Source of the DNA: Fimicolochytrium jonesii
Lineage: Eukaryota
Direction: 5' to 3'
Assembly: GCF_025526975.1 (NCBI RefSeq)
Contig: NW_026515691.1
Coordinates: 372,001 to 436,000, forward strand
Length of the DNA stretch: 64,000 bases
Positions 40,891-52,854 of this stretch are shown piece after piece (position 1 is the first letter of the stretch; each line of letters starts with the position of its first letter). Made by a program: the position numbers and the translations under genes. The notes beneath the pieces are model-generated. The model was not told where the DNA came from, ran no database searches, and worked only from the letters and a program-made list of their open reading frames with translations.

Positions 40891-43800
40891 ATGGCAGCGA
40901 CAACCGCAGCCAGCACGGTCGCAATGGCCGCCCAGCCTTTGGGTGCAACGGTAGGTACACCTGCCTCAATTCGCACTTCTTGACCTCCCCAGCTAAACCC
41001 TTGTCAAACTGCCCTCCCTCAGGTCCAGCTGTTTCTATCCGAGACGGCCATGCTCTTGAACGAGCTAAAGTCAGTGCTCTCAGCAAGCCCGGTTCTGGCT
41101 CACTCTAGACGCGCTACCGCTGCACAGGCACAGGCACAGGCAGGGTCTGGCGCGACGCAACCACAACAACGCTCGGGAAGCGTAGAATCCGGCTCGGAAA
41201 CGTTTGATAACATCCGGGGCGATGTGGAGCGGAATACGCTGATGGACGATGGAAAATCGATATGGGAGTTTGCTCAGTCAGAGGCACAGCCAGCCCTTAG
41301 TGAATTGCTGGAAGAGGCTACGATTGCGGTCGAGAAGCTCTCAGAGTCCGTGCCCGCTGGTCCTCTGCCAAGCGGGGAATCAGCGAGTCAAGTATTCAAT
41401 GCTTTGAATGCATTGGGTCGTATCACTCCCCTGATGCAAACCTTGGCCGCCGCGGAGCTGGACGGACAAGCTCGCAAGCATCCATCAGAGCGAGACGGCC
41501 GGTTGCGAACACATAAGGACCCAGCGCCGTTCGCCTCCCGTCCCTCCTCGCCGTTCATTTCCACTGCACGGAACCATCACACCTTACATTTGCGACCGGC
41601 CGTACCAGGAGCAGCATCATACCAAAAGCGCCAATACTGGTCTGAACGCAAGCTGCAGAAACTCCAACTCGACGAATCAAGCGACCCGACCTTCCGCACC
41701 GACCCCAGACGACAAGCCGAGCTCTACAAAGAGATCCTCAAAACAGGCAATCATTACGCGCTCATCGACCGCTACGAAAAGCAGCCCCAACTCGATGCCG
41801 TTTCGGCGCGGTACCCCGCTGCCGCACGGGCGGCGGACGCACAGCGTATCCAGATGGACCCGGACTGTGCGAAGGCGTATGTGTCGGCCTTAATGAAGGA
41901 GGGGAACGTGGATCGGTTGGCGGAGCGGGTCCTGGCGGCTACGAATGCCGCTGCGGGGAGGCCGTCGTCGTTAGCGGGTTTTGGAGCGTCATCTTCCGGT
42001 GTCCCGCAATCGCCCCTGAGTTTGTCGCCGTTTGAGGATAAAGGTGGCCCGTCAATCGTAGAATCGCGGGACCACTGGGTGCAAACTAACCCCGCGGAAT
42101 GGGACCGCGCGCTGAATCGCAGCGACGGAAACGTGTCTTCCGCCGCTATGAGGAAGAGAATGGCCGCATACAATAATCAATCGAATGGATCGGGGAATGC
42201 GAATGGGCCGGATGGTCGACCGATTCAGGTCGTAATTAGCGAAGCGTGGTCGTGGAGCAAGTTTGCGCGGAAGTTTGGGTCTAAGGTGCTTTACGGCATT
42301 TTGCTTATGACGGGTCTCAACGTCTTGCTGGACTCGCAAGGGATCATCAAATCGGGTACGTCGCATATGAGTTGCGCTGCTCGTCGGGTGGGGTATGTTG
42401 CTGATGAAGCGGGGTTGTGTTGTTCCAGGCATGAACGCGGCGGAAGTGGAGCCGAACAGCATGGCACAATCGATCAAGTTTGAGGACGTGCAGGGCGTTG
42501 ATGAGGCGAAGCATGAGCTTGAGGAGGTTGTGGCGTTCTTGAAGGAACCGAAGAAGTTTATGGAGGTTGGTGGGAAGCTTCCGAAAGGTAAGATGCGGCT
42601 ATAATTTGCAGTGACATATCTGCTAGTTGGCAAGGAACTCAATCCGCCCTATCACTTTCGTTGCCAGGCGTCCTTCTGTACGGACCACCAGGAACCGGCA
42701 AAACGCATCTCGCGCGCGCCGTAGCAGGCGAAGCCGGCGTCGCTTTCTTCCAGATGAGCGGAAGCGAGTTTGACGAGCTGTATGTTGGCGTTGGCGCTCG
42801 CCGTGTTCGCGAATTGTTTGCGGCGGCGAAGAAGAAAGCCCCGTGCATCATTTTCATCGATGAGCTGGACGCGGTGGGCAGCAAGAGGAATGCGAAGGAT
42901 CAGAGTTATATGCGGCAGACGCTGAATCAGTTACTTGTTGAGTTGGATGGGTACGTTTTCTTGGGAAATGGTGGATCTCGGGCAAACTCTGACCAAAGCG
43001 ATTCCTTACAGGTTTTCATCAGGAGAAGGCATCATTATCATCGCCGCAACAAACACCCCTGAAGCCCTCGACAAAGCGCTCGTGCGCCCCGGACGTTTCG
43101 ACCGTCTCGTCCCCGTCCCCCTCCCCGACGTGCAAGGCCGCACGAAGATCCTCGAAGTACACTCCAAGCCTGTATCCGTCTCCCCTAACGTCGACATGCA
43201 CACGATCGCTCGCGGCACACCCGGCTTCTCCGGCGCTGACCTCGCCAACCTCATCAACCACGCCGCGATCAAAGCCTCCAAAGAGGGCGTGCGCTCCGTG
43301 CGCATGGAAGACCTCGAATGGGCAAAAGACAAGATCATCATGGGCTCCGAACGCAAATCCGCCGTCATCACCGAACACAACAAGAACCTCACTGCTTACC
43401 ACGAGGGCGGACATACCCTCGTCGCCCTGCACACCCCCGGTGCCACACCATTGCACAAAGTCACTGTGATACCCCGTGGCAATGCCCTCGGCGTCACGGT
43501 GCAGCTCCCCGAGGCCGACAAGACCAACCATACCCGGAAAGAGCTGTATGCGATGCTGGACGTGTGCATGGGCGGCCGCGTGGCGGAGGAAATGATCTTT
43601 GGCCCGGATGAAGTCACGACGGGCGCGAGCTCGGATTTGCAAAAGGCCACGGCGGTCGCGAGGGAGATGGTGCTGTCTTATGGGATGAGTGAGAAGGTTG
43701 GCGCGGTTGGATATGGAGAGGATGGGTGGGATCGGTTGAGTCCGGCGACGAAGGGGGTGATTGAGATGGAGGTCAAGAATTTGTTGGATGTCAGTTATCG

Positions 43801-44252
43801 TCTTCTCCCCTTTCTCGATGGAGTTTGGGTGTTGGATTATCGACCATTCGATTGACCTCGTTTCTGTCTCTCTTTCCTTTGTTGTTCTATACAGGGCGCA
43901 TACGCCCGCGCCACGCACCTCCTCAAAACCCACAAAGAGGAACTGCACCGGCTCGCGCGTGCACTCATGGAGCACGAGACGCTGGATGTAGATGAGATTC
44001 GGATCGTCGTCAAAGGTAATCATCATCACACACGCCTGTTGTCGTCCATTTCCTTCCCATCTCAACCTCTGACTCTGCGATGTTTTCGATCAATGTATAG
44101 GCGGCCGCATAAAACCATTGAAAGCAAAGTTGTTGGAGTCGGAGAAGGGTGCGGCTGTTAAGGGCGCGGGCGCTGCTGCTGCAACGACGGCCCCTTCGGC
44201 ATCGAGTGGTGGTGGGATGGGCGTGAAGAATGGGTTCCCTGGCAAGCTGTAG
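40891..44252 (+). CDS. YME1: Mitochondrial i-AAA protease Yme1 (FtsH family), multi-exon
   Basis: [22 protein letters not shown], Walker A GPPGTGKT, Walker [22 protein letters not shown], and the zinc motif AYHEGGH. Confidence 0.95.
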
Positions 44253-45677
44253 AGGAGCGATGGGACTTTTGGAGGATGTGGGAAGGGCCGGTTGTGAGTG
44301 GGACGCGTCTTGCGGAGCTTGGGGGCCGCAGTACTATTCGACTCGACATCAGTGAATTGCCCTCCTTTCGCGGGAGCGAATCCTGGCGGAAACGGCAACC
44401 ACTACACGGGGAAAAGTTGAGAAACGGAGCAGGTTTCCGAATACCCTTCCCACCCGCTCGCCCATTGTATTTCTTCCAATCGACACTCGACATCACTCCT
44501 CCCCCCAACGTTCGCCGATTCCAGATACTTGCAAAATCCCCCGGGATAGTGTCGATTCGGGGAGTCGACACATTCAAAACCCATCCGGCGTCAATTAACG
44601 GCCCATCGTCGGACAGGCGGTGCGACACGCGCCCATGTTCCGTTGCGGTTGAGCGGGTCAGGCCTCACACCCACAACGACGAACTACCGAAACCCCTCCG
44701 TCACCGTGCATTCAGGCCCTCCTTTACAGACGCCAGTCATTAGAGATGTAGAACGCCCCGGTGTCCCGCTGGATCGCTGGGTGGTCGTGGGGTGAGGAAC
44801 GAAAGCAAAGCACCGCATCTGTCGTTGGCTGCCTCTTCTTTGGGACCTGCCCAAGTCATGGTTTTTGTTATGGTATATTTTTTTTATGTATATACAGAAG
44901 TTTTCATGTTTAGACTAGTTTCTCCTCCGACGGCTGATGCCGCAACCCCGTCCGCTTCCTAGCGGTCACCATGCCCTCAAAGTTTGATAAAGTCTCTCAC
45001 GCTCATACCATGTTTGCGTCCAGGTTCGTCGTCCGCCACGCGTGCCGCGGTTGCGATTGTTGGGTTGGCCGCAGAAGCGCGGGGGTCCAGAAAGCGCGAG
45101 GGGAGCGTGCTTGTGCGAGACTCCGCGAGAGAGAGAGAGAGAGCCATTGGCCCCATGTGCTAATGACGTATGCACTTGCCCCTCCACGCGCGCACCCCCT
45201 CCTGCCGCGTCCAGGTGCACGACCGCAACCAGATCCCTCCGAGAACCCCCAGACGGGTGCGCGTGCCCGCTCGCCCGTCTCTCTGTGCCAAGTCCCCTCG
45301 GGCGCGCACCCAGCACGCCCCCCGTCGTAGTAGAATAACGCGCAGAGAACCATTATAACAGGGATGGGCGACTTTCCTTGTGGGGGTTTCGATAGCTTTT
45401 GCTTCCAGCCTTCCAAAGCGGTAGAAAAACCCTCAAAACAGAGGGCCCCACTTCTCCCTCTGCAGGCCCCCACCCACTCCCCCGCTCAACCTCAAAGCGC
45501 ACGGGCTCCCGCAAAACGAACTCGGTGGTGAGTAACGTCCCTCTCTGCGCTACTCTTTGCAAAGCGTCATGATCTAGGACCAACAACCTCTCGCGTCCCC
45601 GAAAACTAGTATCCCACGACGCACCCCACATTCACCGCTACTGCCCCGACAACACCTACTACCATCCACTCGAAGAT

Positions 45678-47933
45678 ATGCCAGCCCGCGTAGAAGAAGG
45701 GAAACCTACCCCACTCGGAGCCACCTGGGACGGTCTTGGAGTCAACTTTGCTCTCTTCTCCGTTCACGCGACGAAAGTTGAGCTATGTATCTTTTCCGCC
45801 GACGGCACTGAGGAGCTGGAGCGGATCGAGCTGCCCGAGTACACCGATGAGGTGTGGCACGGATACCTGCCGGATGCTCGTCCAGGTACCGTGTACGGCT
45901 ACAGGGTCTACGGCCCGTACGAGCCACATAACGGGCACAGGTTCAATCCCAACAAGCTGGTGATTGATCCTTATGCAAAGAACTTTGTCGGCGAGCTCAT
46001 CTGGGACAACATCCTCTTCGGGTACCAGATCGGACACCCTGACAAGGATCTGTCGTTCGACGACAGGGATAGCGCAAAGTTTATGCCAAAGTGTCAGGTG
46101 GTGGACCCCGCTTTCACTTGGGGACGGGAGAGGAAACCCGAGGTTCCTTGGGAAAAGACCATCTTTTATGAGACCCATGTCAAGGGATTCACCAAGCGTC
46201 ACCCCGCCGTGCCAGAGAACCTGCGAGGAACGTATGCTGGTTTGGGGCACGAGGCCGTCGTCAGTTACATCAAGTCGCTGGGCGTCACGTCCGTCGAACT
46301 GCTACCCGTACATTTCTTCATCGACGACAAGTACCTGCTCGACAACAACCTCGTCAACTACTGGGGTTACAACTCGATCGGCTTTTTTGCTCCCGACCCG
46401 CGGTACTCTGCCACCAACCGTATTGAAGAGTTCAAGGAGATGGTCGCTCGACTGCACGCCGCCGGCATCGAGGTGATTCTTGACGTTGTTTACAACCACA
46501 CACCCGAAGGCAACGAGATGGGTCCCACCATGTGCTTCAAGGGGATCGACAACAAGACGTACTACAAGATGTACCACGAGAACAACAGATACTACGTGAA
46601 CGACACCGGATGCGGAAACACCGTAGATCTCTCGCACGGGAGGGTCAACCAGCTCGTGTTAGACAGTCTCCGATACTGGGTCGAGGAGATGCATGTTGAC
46701 GGCTTCCGTTTCGATCTGGCCACCATCTTGGGCAGAGAAATGTGGGGTTTCAACGACAACGGCGCCTTCTTGAACTCGGTCCGGCAGGACCCTGTCTTGT
46801 CCCGCGTCAAGCTCGTCGCTGAGCCGTGGGATATCGGGTTGGGTGGATACCAGGTGGGCCACTTCTCCCCTGGTTGGGCGGAATGGAACGACAGGTATCG
46901 CGACACGGTCCGTGAATACTGGAAGGGCGACCAGGGCAGGCTACCCGAGCTCGCCTCTCGCATCACGGGTTCCGGGGACATCTTCTACCGCTGTGGCCGC
47001 AAACCCTGGGCCTCGGTCAACTTTATCACCGCGCACGATGGGTTCTGCCTGCATGACTGCGTTTCGTACAACGAAAAGCACAACCACGCCAACGGCGAAG
47101 GCAACCGCGACGGCTCCAACGACAACCTGTCCTGGAATCACGGCCACGAAGGGCACACAACAGACGAGGGCATCCTCCGCCTCCGCGAGCGCACGAAGCG
47201 CAACATGCTCACCACCCTCCTCTTCTCACAAGGCACCCCGCTCCTCCTCGCCGGCGACGAATTCGGCCGCACCCAAAACGGAAACAACAATACCTATTGC
47301 CAAGACAACGAGATCAACTGGGTCGACTGGGAAGGTATCACCGACGACGGCAAGTCCCTCCTCGAATTCACCCGCCGCCTCATCTGGCTCCGCCAAACCT
47401 TCCCCGTCCTCCGCCGTAATCGTTGGTACACCGGCGCCTTCAACGAAGAGGAAGGTGTGAAAGACGCCACGTGGGTCACGCCCGCGGGCACGGAAATGAC
47501 CGAAGAAACCTGGATGGACCCCAACGCGCGCTGCATGGGCATCGTCTTCGATGGTCGCGCCCAAGCAACAGGGATCAAACGCCCCGGAACAGACGTCACC
47601 GTCCTCCTTATCGTCAACTCCCACCACGACGTGGTCAACTTCACTCTCCCCGAAGCCGTCGGCGGCGCCCACTGGCAGCTCTTCGTCGACACCAACCAGC
47701 CGCAGCTCGTCAAAGCGCCCGTATTCGAATTCGGACACACGTATGGCGTCACGGGCCGATCGGCGCTGATGTTTGCGCTCAGACGGGAAGATGCGGATGG
47801 GAATGAGGTCGTTAGACGCGCGGTCAAAGCCGTTGAGCAGATTGCGGAGAACCCGATCAATCTCGAGGTGCCGGAACATGCGGGGGAGAGCAGTCTGACG
47901 AGGAAGAAGTCGTTGGCGAGGCCGGCGTCGTAG
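45678..47933 (+). CDS. glgX: Glycogen debranching enzyme GlgX / isoamylase (CBM48 + GH13_11), bacterial type, intronless
   Basis: PLGATWDGLGVNFALFS, GHRFNPNKLVIDPYA, NYWGYNSIGFFAP, ILDVVYNHT, catalytic GFRFDLA, AEPWD and TAHDG, and SQGTP..GDEFGRTQNGNNNTYCQDNEINW. Confidence 0.96.
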   Translation: MPARVEEGKPTPLGATWDGLGVNFALFSVHATKVELCIFSADGTEELERIELPEYTDEVWHGYLPDARPGTVYGYRVYGPYEPHNGHRFNPNKLVIDPYAKNFVGELIWDNILFGYQIGHPDKDLSFDDRDSAKFMPKCQVVDPAFTWGRERKPEVPWEKTIFYETHVKGFTKRHPAVPENLRGTYAGLGHEAVVSYIKSLGVTSVELLPVHFFIDDKYLLDNNLVNYWGYNSIGFFAPDPRYSATNRIEEFKEMVARLHAAGIEVILDVVYNHTPEGNEMGPTMCFKGIDNKTYYKMYHENNRYYVNDTGCGNTVDLSHGRVNQLVLDSLRYWVEEMHVDGFRFDLATILGREMWGFNDNGAFLNSVRQDPVLSRVKLVAEPWDIGLGGYQVGHFSPGWAEWNDRYRDTVREYWKGDQGRLPELASRITGSGDIFYRCGRKPWASVNFITAHDGFCLHDCVSYNEKHNHANGEGNRDGSNDNLSWNHGHEGHTTDEGILRLRERTKRNMLTTLLFSQGTPLLLAGDEFGRTQNGNNNTYCQDNEINWVDWEGITDDGKSLLEFTRRLIWLRQTFPVLRRNRWYTGAFNEEEGVKDATWVTPAGTEMTEETWMDPNARCMGIVFDGRAQATGIKRPGTDVTVLLIVNSHHDVVNFTLPEAVGGAHWQLFVDTNQPQLVKAPVFEFGHTYGVTGRSALMFALRREDADGNEVVRRAVKAVEQIAENPINLEVPEHAGESSLTRKKSLARPAS

Positions 47934-49258
47934 TCGTCGTGTGTATGTGATGTGTCTCACTTTCCCGCCCCACCCTCCGCTATCCGACTTGGTAAATAGC
48001 TATACCCTAGCTTCATCGAGATATCAGAAGCCCCAATACCCCCCTGCTTTTGATCCCCCGATCCCCATCCCTTCCCCTCTTTGACCTAGTACCACCTCAG
48101 TGGGAAACCATACACGAACACAAATACAGACGCATATATGCATGCTATCCCGGATGCCGAATGTGGCCTGGTCCTTGAAAGATCCATGTACAGCAACAGC
48201 CTGGACATTTTACGACCTGCCCTCTGGGCGATTTACATGTAAGTCACGCATGTATACGAGTTGCCAGGCCCCCATGTTCCCAATGCGTGCTCATCACGGA
48301 TGACAAGCCAAAAATACAAGCAGCCGCAGAAGTTCCGGGAGATCGCCACCCCCGGAGGTTCATTTCTTCCCATGAAGTCACGTCAAATGTACAAAACCCC
48401 CCTCCCGAGTTACACATCAGCCCGTTCCACCAAATGTAAAAAAAAAAAGAGTCATCCCAACCATTCATCCCACAACGTCCCGACTTGTCGCACCGAAGTC
48501 CAGCCCCACCGACCGCCTCACAAACCCCTGCCCCAACACCCGTCGCCCTGCTTCCCGACCCACCGTTTCTGTCAGTTCCTGTTGTCGGGGGCGCGGACAG
48601 GTGGATGGTGAGGAGTTTGATGCATTTCCGTCTAGATGCGTCATGAGACAGGTCCGTTGGCGGGGAAGCGGGGAGGGACGGTACTTGACGAGCAAGGATA
48701 CCTCGGCTTGGGTGAGCAGGGCGCAGATGGCGGGGATGTATCGAATACAGTTCTGGAAAAGCGATGGGAAAGCCCACAGAGGGGGGGAGTCCTGAAAATA
48801 ACGGTGGGCGAGAAAGGGGCGTACCTCCAGATGCGCTAGCTGTCCTTGTGGAAAAAATGAACGTCAAGGATTGACACTCTACTTGACACGGATTCCGACA
48901 GCGCGGCCCTATCAACGTAAGCAACAAGCCACGTCTCTCAGTTTAGACGGGTCCATGATGGCCCGCGCGTTGGCAACTTGCAGTTTATAGCCCTTTTGTC
49001 CGCTTAAATCGGGTTACATTTTTGGCCTACCAGTAACTGCCGGCTGTGTGCAGGCACAGGATGGTTCTCGATGGACTTTTTGGGGTCGGCAATGTTTGGG
49101 AGGCGGTGGGGCTCCTGGCTTGTTCCACGGCCCGTTATATATGTCGTTCGGCGTGGAACACACCTTCCCATCCATTGCACGCCCCCAACACACCTCTTCA
49201 CCACTCCTTTCCACAAACTATACTTCCTTCCACCGAACGTCCAAGACAACTACAAAGC

Positions 49259-50380
49259 ATGCGAGTTATCCCCGTCTACAACGACGTACCCACCTCCCCC
49301 CCGTCTCACCACCGCTCCACCCCGCCCGCCTGGTCATCACCCACCCCACGAACACTCGGCTTCGCAACAGCCGCCTGGACACTCCCACCAACCGCCACCA
49401 CATACAACACCACTACATACTCAACGACAGCAGACTGGGGCGTACCCATCCACCGCGTCCCCGCCCGTCGACGGCGGTCGGAGGTGTCCGCGGACGAATG
49501 TGAGGAGTCGGACGATGAGGAGGGGGAGGTGCTTGATGCGCTTCTGCATATGGGGGCCTATATCCCCCGCGCGGGTGAGAGCGGACCCAACCGCGAGGAC
49601 TCCAACGAAGCGGTGTTTATGCACGATCTGCGCGGCTCCATCCCCGAAACGGACGTGGACGCGGACATGATGGCGGGCATCTTCACCCTCGCGGTGCACC
49701 GCCCTATGGACAGCGACGAATGCCTGTCCCACATCCCCACCAACGAGGACACGGAGCTGACAGCAACACGCACCCTCCCCGAGCTTGCCGTCGCGCGCAC
49801 GCGCGTCCGCAGCAACCTGTCGCGCCTCTCCCGCGATCTGCACACCCTCGTCGGGTTCTACGAGGCGTACGTGGAGCAGCTGACGGGCGAGATCATGGGG
49901 GATATCCTCGGTGCGCGAGGGGGCTGGGCTGTGCGGGGCCGGAGTGTGGACGAGATTTTGGACGAGATTGTCGATGAGGTGCCAAGCGATGATTTGGTGG
50001 CGTATCTGACGCAGCCCGAGGATGAGAGCACGCATACCAGTATGAGGGTTGTTGATTGGGCCGCCATGGCCCCGCCCGCCCCCGCATCGACGTCGCCGGC
50101 AGTCGGACGCGCCTACCCCATGCGTCGCCGGATTGTTCCCGTCGACACCACCCGTGAGACAGACAGTCACGACCCGAACGGCATGCAATCAGTAACGTGG
50201 TCCTCGGCTTGCAGCGCGCGTATCAAGATGTGTGACGAGGAGGTGTTGGATTCTGACGGCAATGTGGTGGAGCCTGTTTCGACCGTGCCTAAAAGGGAAG
50301 TTAGATCTGGGCGGTTTGGGTTGGTGCGGGCGCAGGACAGGGACGATGCCCGCGTTGGGCGGTTTGACGTGGATAGGTAG
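49259..50380 (+). CDS. Hypothetical protein
   Basis: A 373-residue ORF from ATG 49259 with coding-like codon usage and acidic/helical segments. No family recognised. Confidence 0.6.
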   Translation: MRVIPVYNDVPTSPPSHHRSTPPAWSSPTPRTLGFATAAWTLPPTATTYNTTTYSTTADWGVPIHRVPARRRRSEVSADECEESDDEEGEVLDALLHMGAYIPRAGESGPNREDSNEAVFMHDLRGSIPETDVDADMMAGIFTLAVHRPMDSDECLSHIPTNEDTELTATRTLPELAVARTRVRSNLSRLSRDLHTLVGFYEAYVEQLTGEIMGDILGARGGWAVRGRSVDEILDEIVDEVPSDDLVAYLTQPEDESTHTSMRVVDWAAMAPPAPASTSPAVGRAYPMRRRIVPVDTTRETDSHDPNGMQSVTWSSACSARIKMCDEEVLDSDGNVVEPVSTVPKREVRSGRFGLVRAQDRDDARVGRFDVDR

Positions 50381-51089
50381 TTGGGGCGTCGTTTCGGGAC
50401 CCTCGTTGTTTGCAGAATAGCGTAGTAGTAGCACTAGACTCCCTCGCATTTGACAAGTATATATTAAGCTGATTCCTCCAAATCAAATTCATGCATTATC
50501 ATCTGATATCCAAAAAAAAAACTGTGTATAAATGAAGGATTGCCAGCTTAAGATAAATGCAATCACCGATGCCCATGCAAGCCTTCGTTTCTTTCGAGGT
50601 GGGATCTAATTGCTAGCGTGAAATCCTTTCCTCCGCTCGCGGCTCAAGAAGCCGTATGGGTGTAGGTGACATCCACGTAGGACACCAAACGCCGTGAAAG
50701 ACCTCAAATACGCTTTGAGCAGTTGGCGGCTCTTGTGCCGAAACGGCGGCGAAGGTGGATGGGTACTCAAGTTCGTGTGACAGATTTCGGCAAGGGGTGT
50801 TAGAGGATCGCGGATACTGCAAATTGGCAGTCTCAGTCACTGCCAGGTGGAGCATGGGAGGGCCCACCCACTGCTGAATCGTCAACAGCAGCGGAAGCAG
50901 TTGGGAGGGTGGGTTCCTTGCGCACGTTGCAATGTTACATGTCCACATCTTGGCACCTGAGATCAATTCACCTGGATATAGCCTGAGCTCCGCACACCCA
51001 ACACCCGCTCAGACTAGCGTCCACCTCCAAGCGATGATAAACCCCGCATCGGAAACTTGGCAGTCCCCCTCAGATATGCAGCATCTCCC

Positions 51090-51809
51090 TCACACAAACT
51101 CCTTCTTGGTTTCAACATGCACAGCCCTCGCGACCAATTCCGCAACAATGCGCATTGGTTCTGCCAGGTCCGTTCCGTGGGCTATTAGCACACCTGAAGA
51201 AGTGAAAGATAAGTAACAACATCCTGAAAAGCTTAACTTCGATGTATGGGGATTTTTACCGGTATTGGCCTCCACGGACGCCAAGAAGGTCAGCAGTAGC
51301 GGCAAGTGGTTGAATTGCACCAGCTGGTCGTCCCTGAAGGTGGAGATGATCATCTTGTTGCGGCCTAGACCGAGTTTGCCGGACTGCCTCATGGGATCCC
51401 CGAGTTAGACAAGGTTCCAGCCCACCGAAGTCCAAGAATCCGCGGCAAGGCAGGCAAGGCAAACGCACCTGATCGCTTGCAACAGTAAAGGTAGCCGAGA
51501 AAGCCAGTTCAAGAATATGGTCAGAGAACCCTGGGTCTACTGCTTTGGCGAGGATGACACCATCTTTGTTGGTCATGAAGACAGCTTTCAAGTGTTCCGT
51601 GCTGCAGCACAAGAAGAAACAAAAAGACGTCAGACAACCTGAACTAAATTGTGGGTTATAGCTGCAAGGATTCGGTACAAGACGGTGCATTCCTTACTCG
51701 GTTAGGACGGACTGAAGGAGGGTGTCGAGCTGTAGGGAGAAACGACACAGTGAGACACAATTCCAAGACGAGCTTCAACAAGAAAGTGGTTTCAGCAAAC
51801 CTCCGCCAT
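51090..51809 (-). CDS. LAMTOR3: Ragulator subunit LAMTOR3/MP1 (roadblock fold), multi-exon
   Basis: EHLKAVFMTNKDGVILAKA..FSATFTVASDQ|SGKLGLGRNKMIISTF..QLVQFNHLPLLLTFLASVEANTG. Confidence 0.88.
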
Positions 51810-52147
51810 AAGGGGGGATTATTGAGGTAACAGGAGTGCTGTGAGATGATTTATCGGTTCGATGCGTCGGTCGTGGGATGCCACCGAGCGAATGTCTTTC
51901 TCAAACGAAGCGAGATTCGAATGAGGTGTTGAGGGGGCAAAGAAAGTGGCGATGGACTGAAGACGGTGCGTGGGGAATCAGCGACTGCTGTCTGGGCGTG
52001 GTTCTACCGAGCCAACACTTCCAAGCGTCCTCCTCCCTCGTATTTCCAGGCGCCATTGTTCGCTCACCCGTCCACTCCTTTCCACTCAGACACACCGCTC
52101 AGTCTCCTAACTCCTCTCACCAGACGACAGCGCTTGTTCATCGCCAA

Positions 52148-52785
52148 ATGCTCTCCCACCTCGACGACCAAGAAAACCAAGGCGACGCCATCCTCCTCGT
52201 CCCATCCGCCACCCCAACCGCACCATCCCACCCGAACCTCCACCGCCTCCCTTCGAGATCGACCACACGGGACCCGCGAACGACAGCCGGTTTTTTGTTG
52301 TCACCGATGAAGCAAGTGAAAAGCTGGGGGATCCCGCACAGGGAGATAAAGCGAGGCTGGTGGTCAGCTCGACGTTCAGAGGCCGACGGCTGCTAGGCGT
52401 CCGGATGGATGTTCCCGACGGGCATGAAGGTGTGTGTGCGTCATTTTCCTTAGTCGGAACTCTCATCCACTTCACCAACACGCCAAAACGCCCAACAATA
52501 GGCCAGATATACAAAGACACCCCGCCGCCACCCGGAAGCAGGGACTACACCAGCGCGAAGCAGATATTCGCAACGTTCGATCGGTTCACGGCGTGGGTGC
52601 ATGACGAGATGCCCGGTGCGGCAAATTGCGATGCGGTTAGGGCGCTTGCGTGGTTGGAGATGGCTGAGGACGTGAATTCGCATTTGTGATTTGAAATGGC
52701 GATGATGAGATGTGCCACGACAATTGGTGTTGATTTCAGCTTCTTTGGTGAATGCTAGATACATGCGTATGTACACCCGCTATGA
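52148..52785 (+). pseudogene. Duplicated RNase H2 subunit C, frameshifted
   Basis: Colinear with 27254-27877 including both introns. A 1-nt deletion near 52250 (ctcccttc vs ctccccttc) shifts the frame. Confidence 0.85.
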
Positions 52786-52854
52786 AAGTCCGCTAGCGGT
52801 GAGGAAAAGGGAACAAGGGAAAGAATGATCCAAATAAGGTGCTATTCGTTGTCC

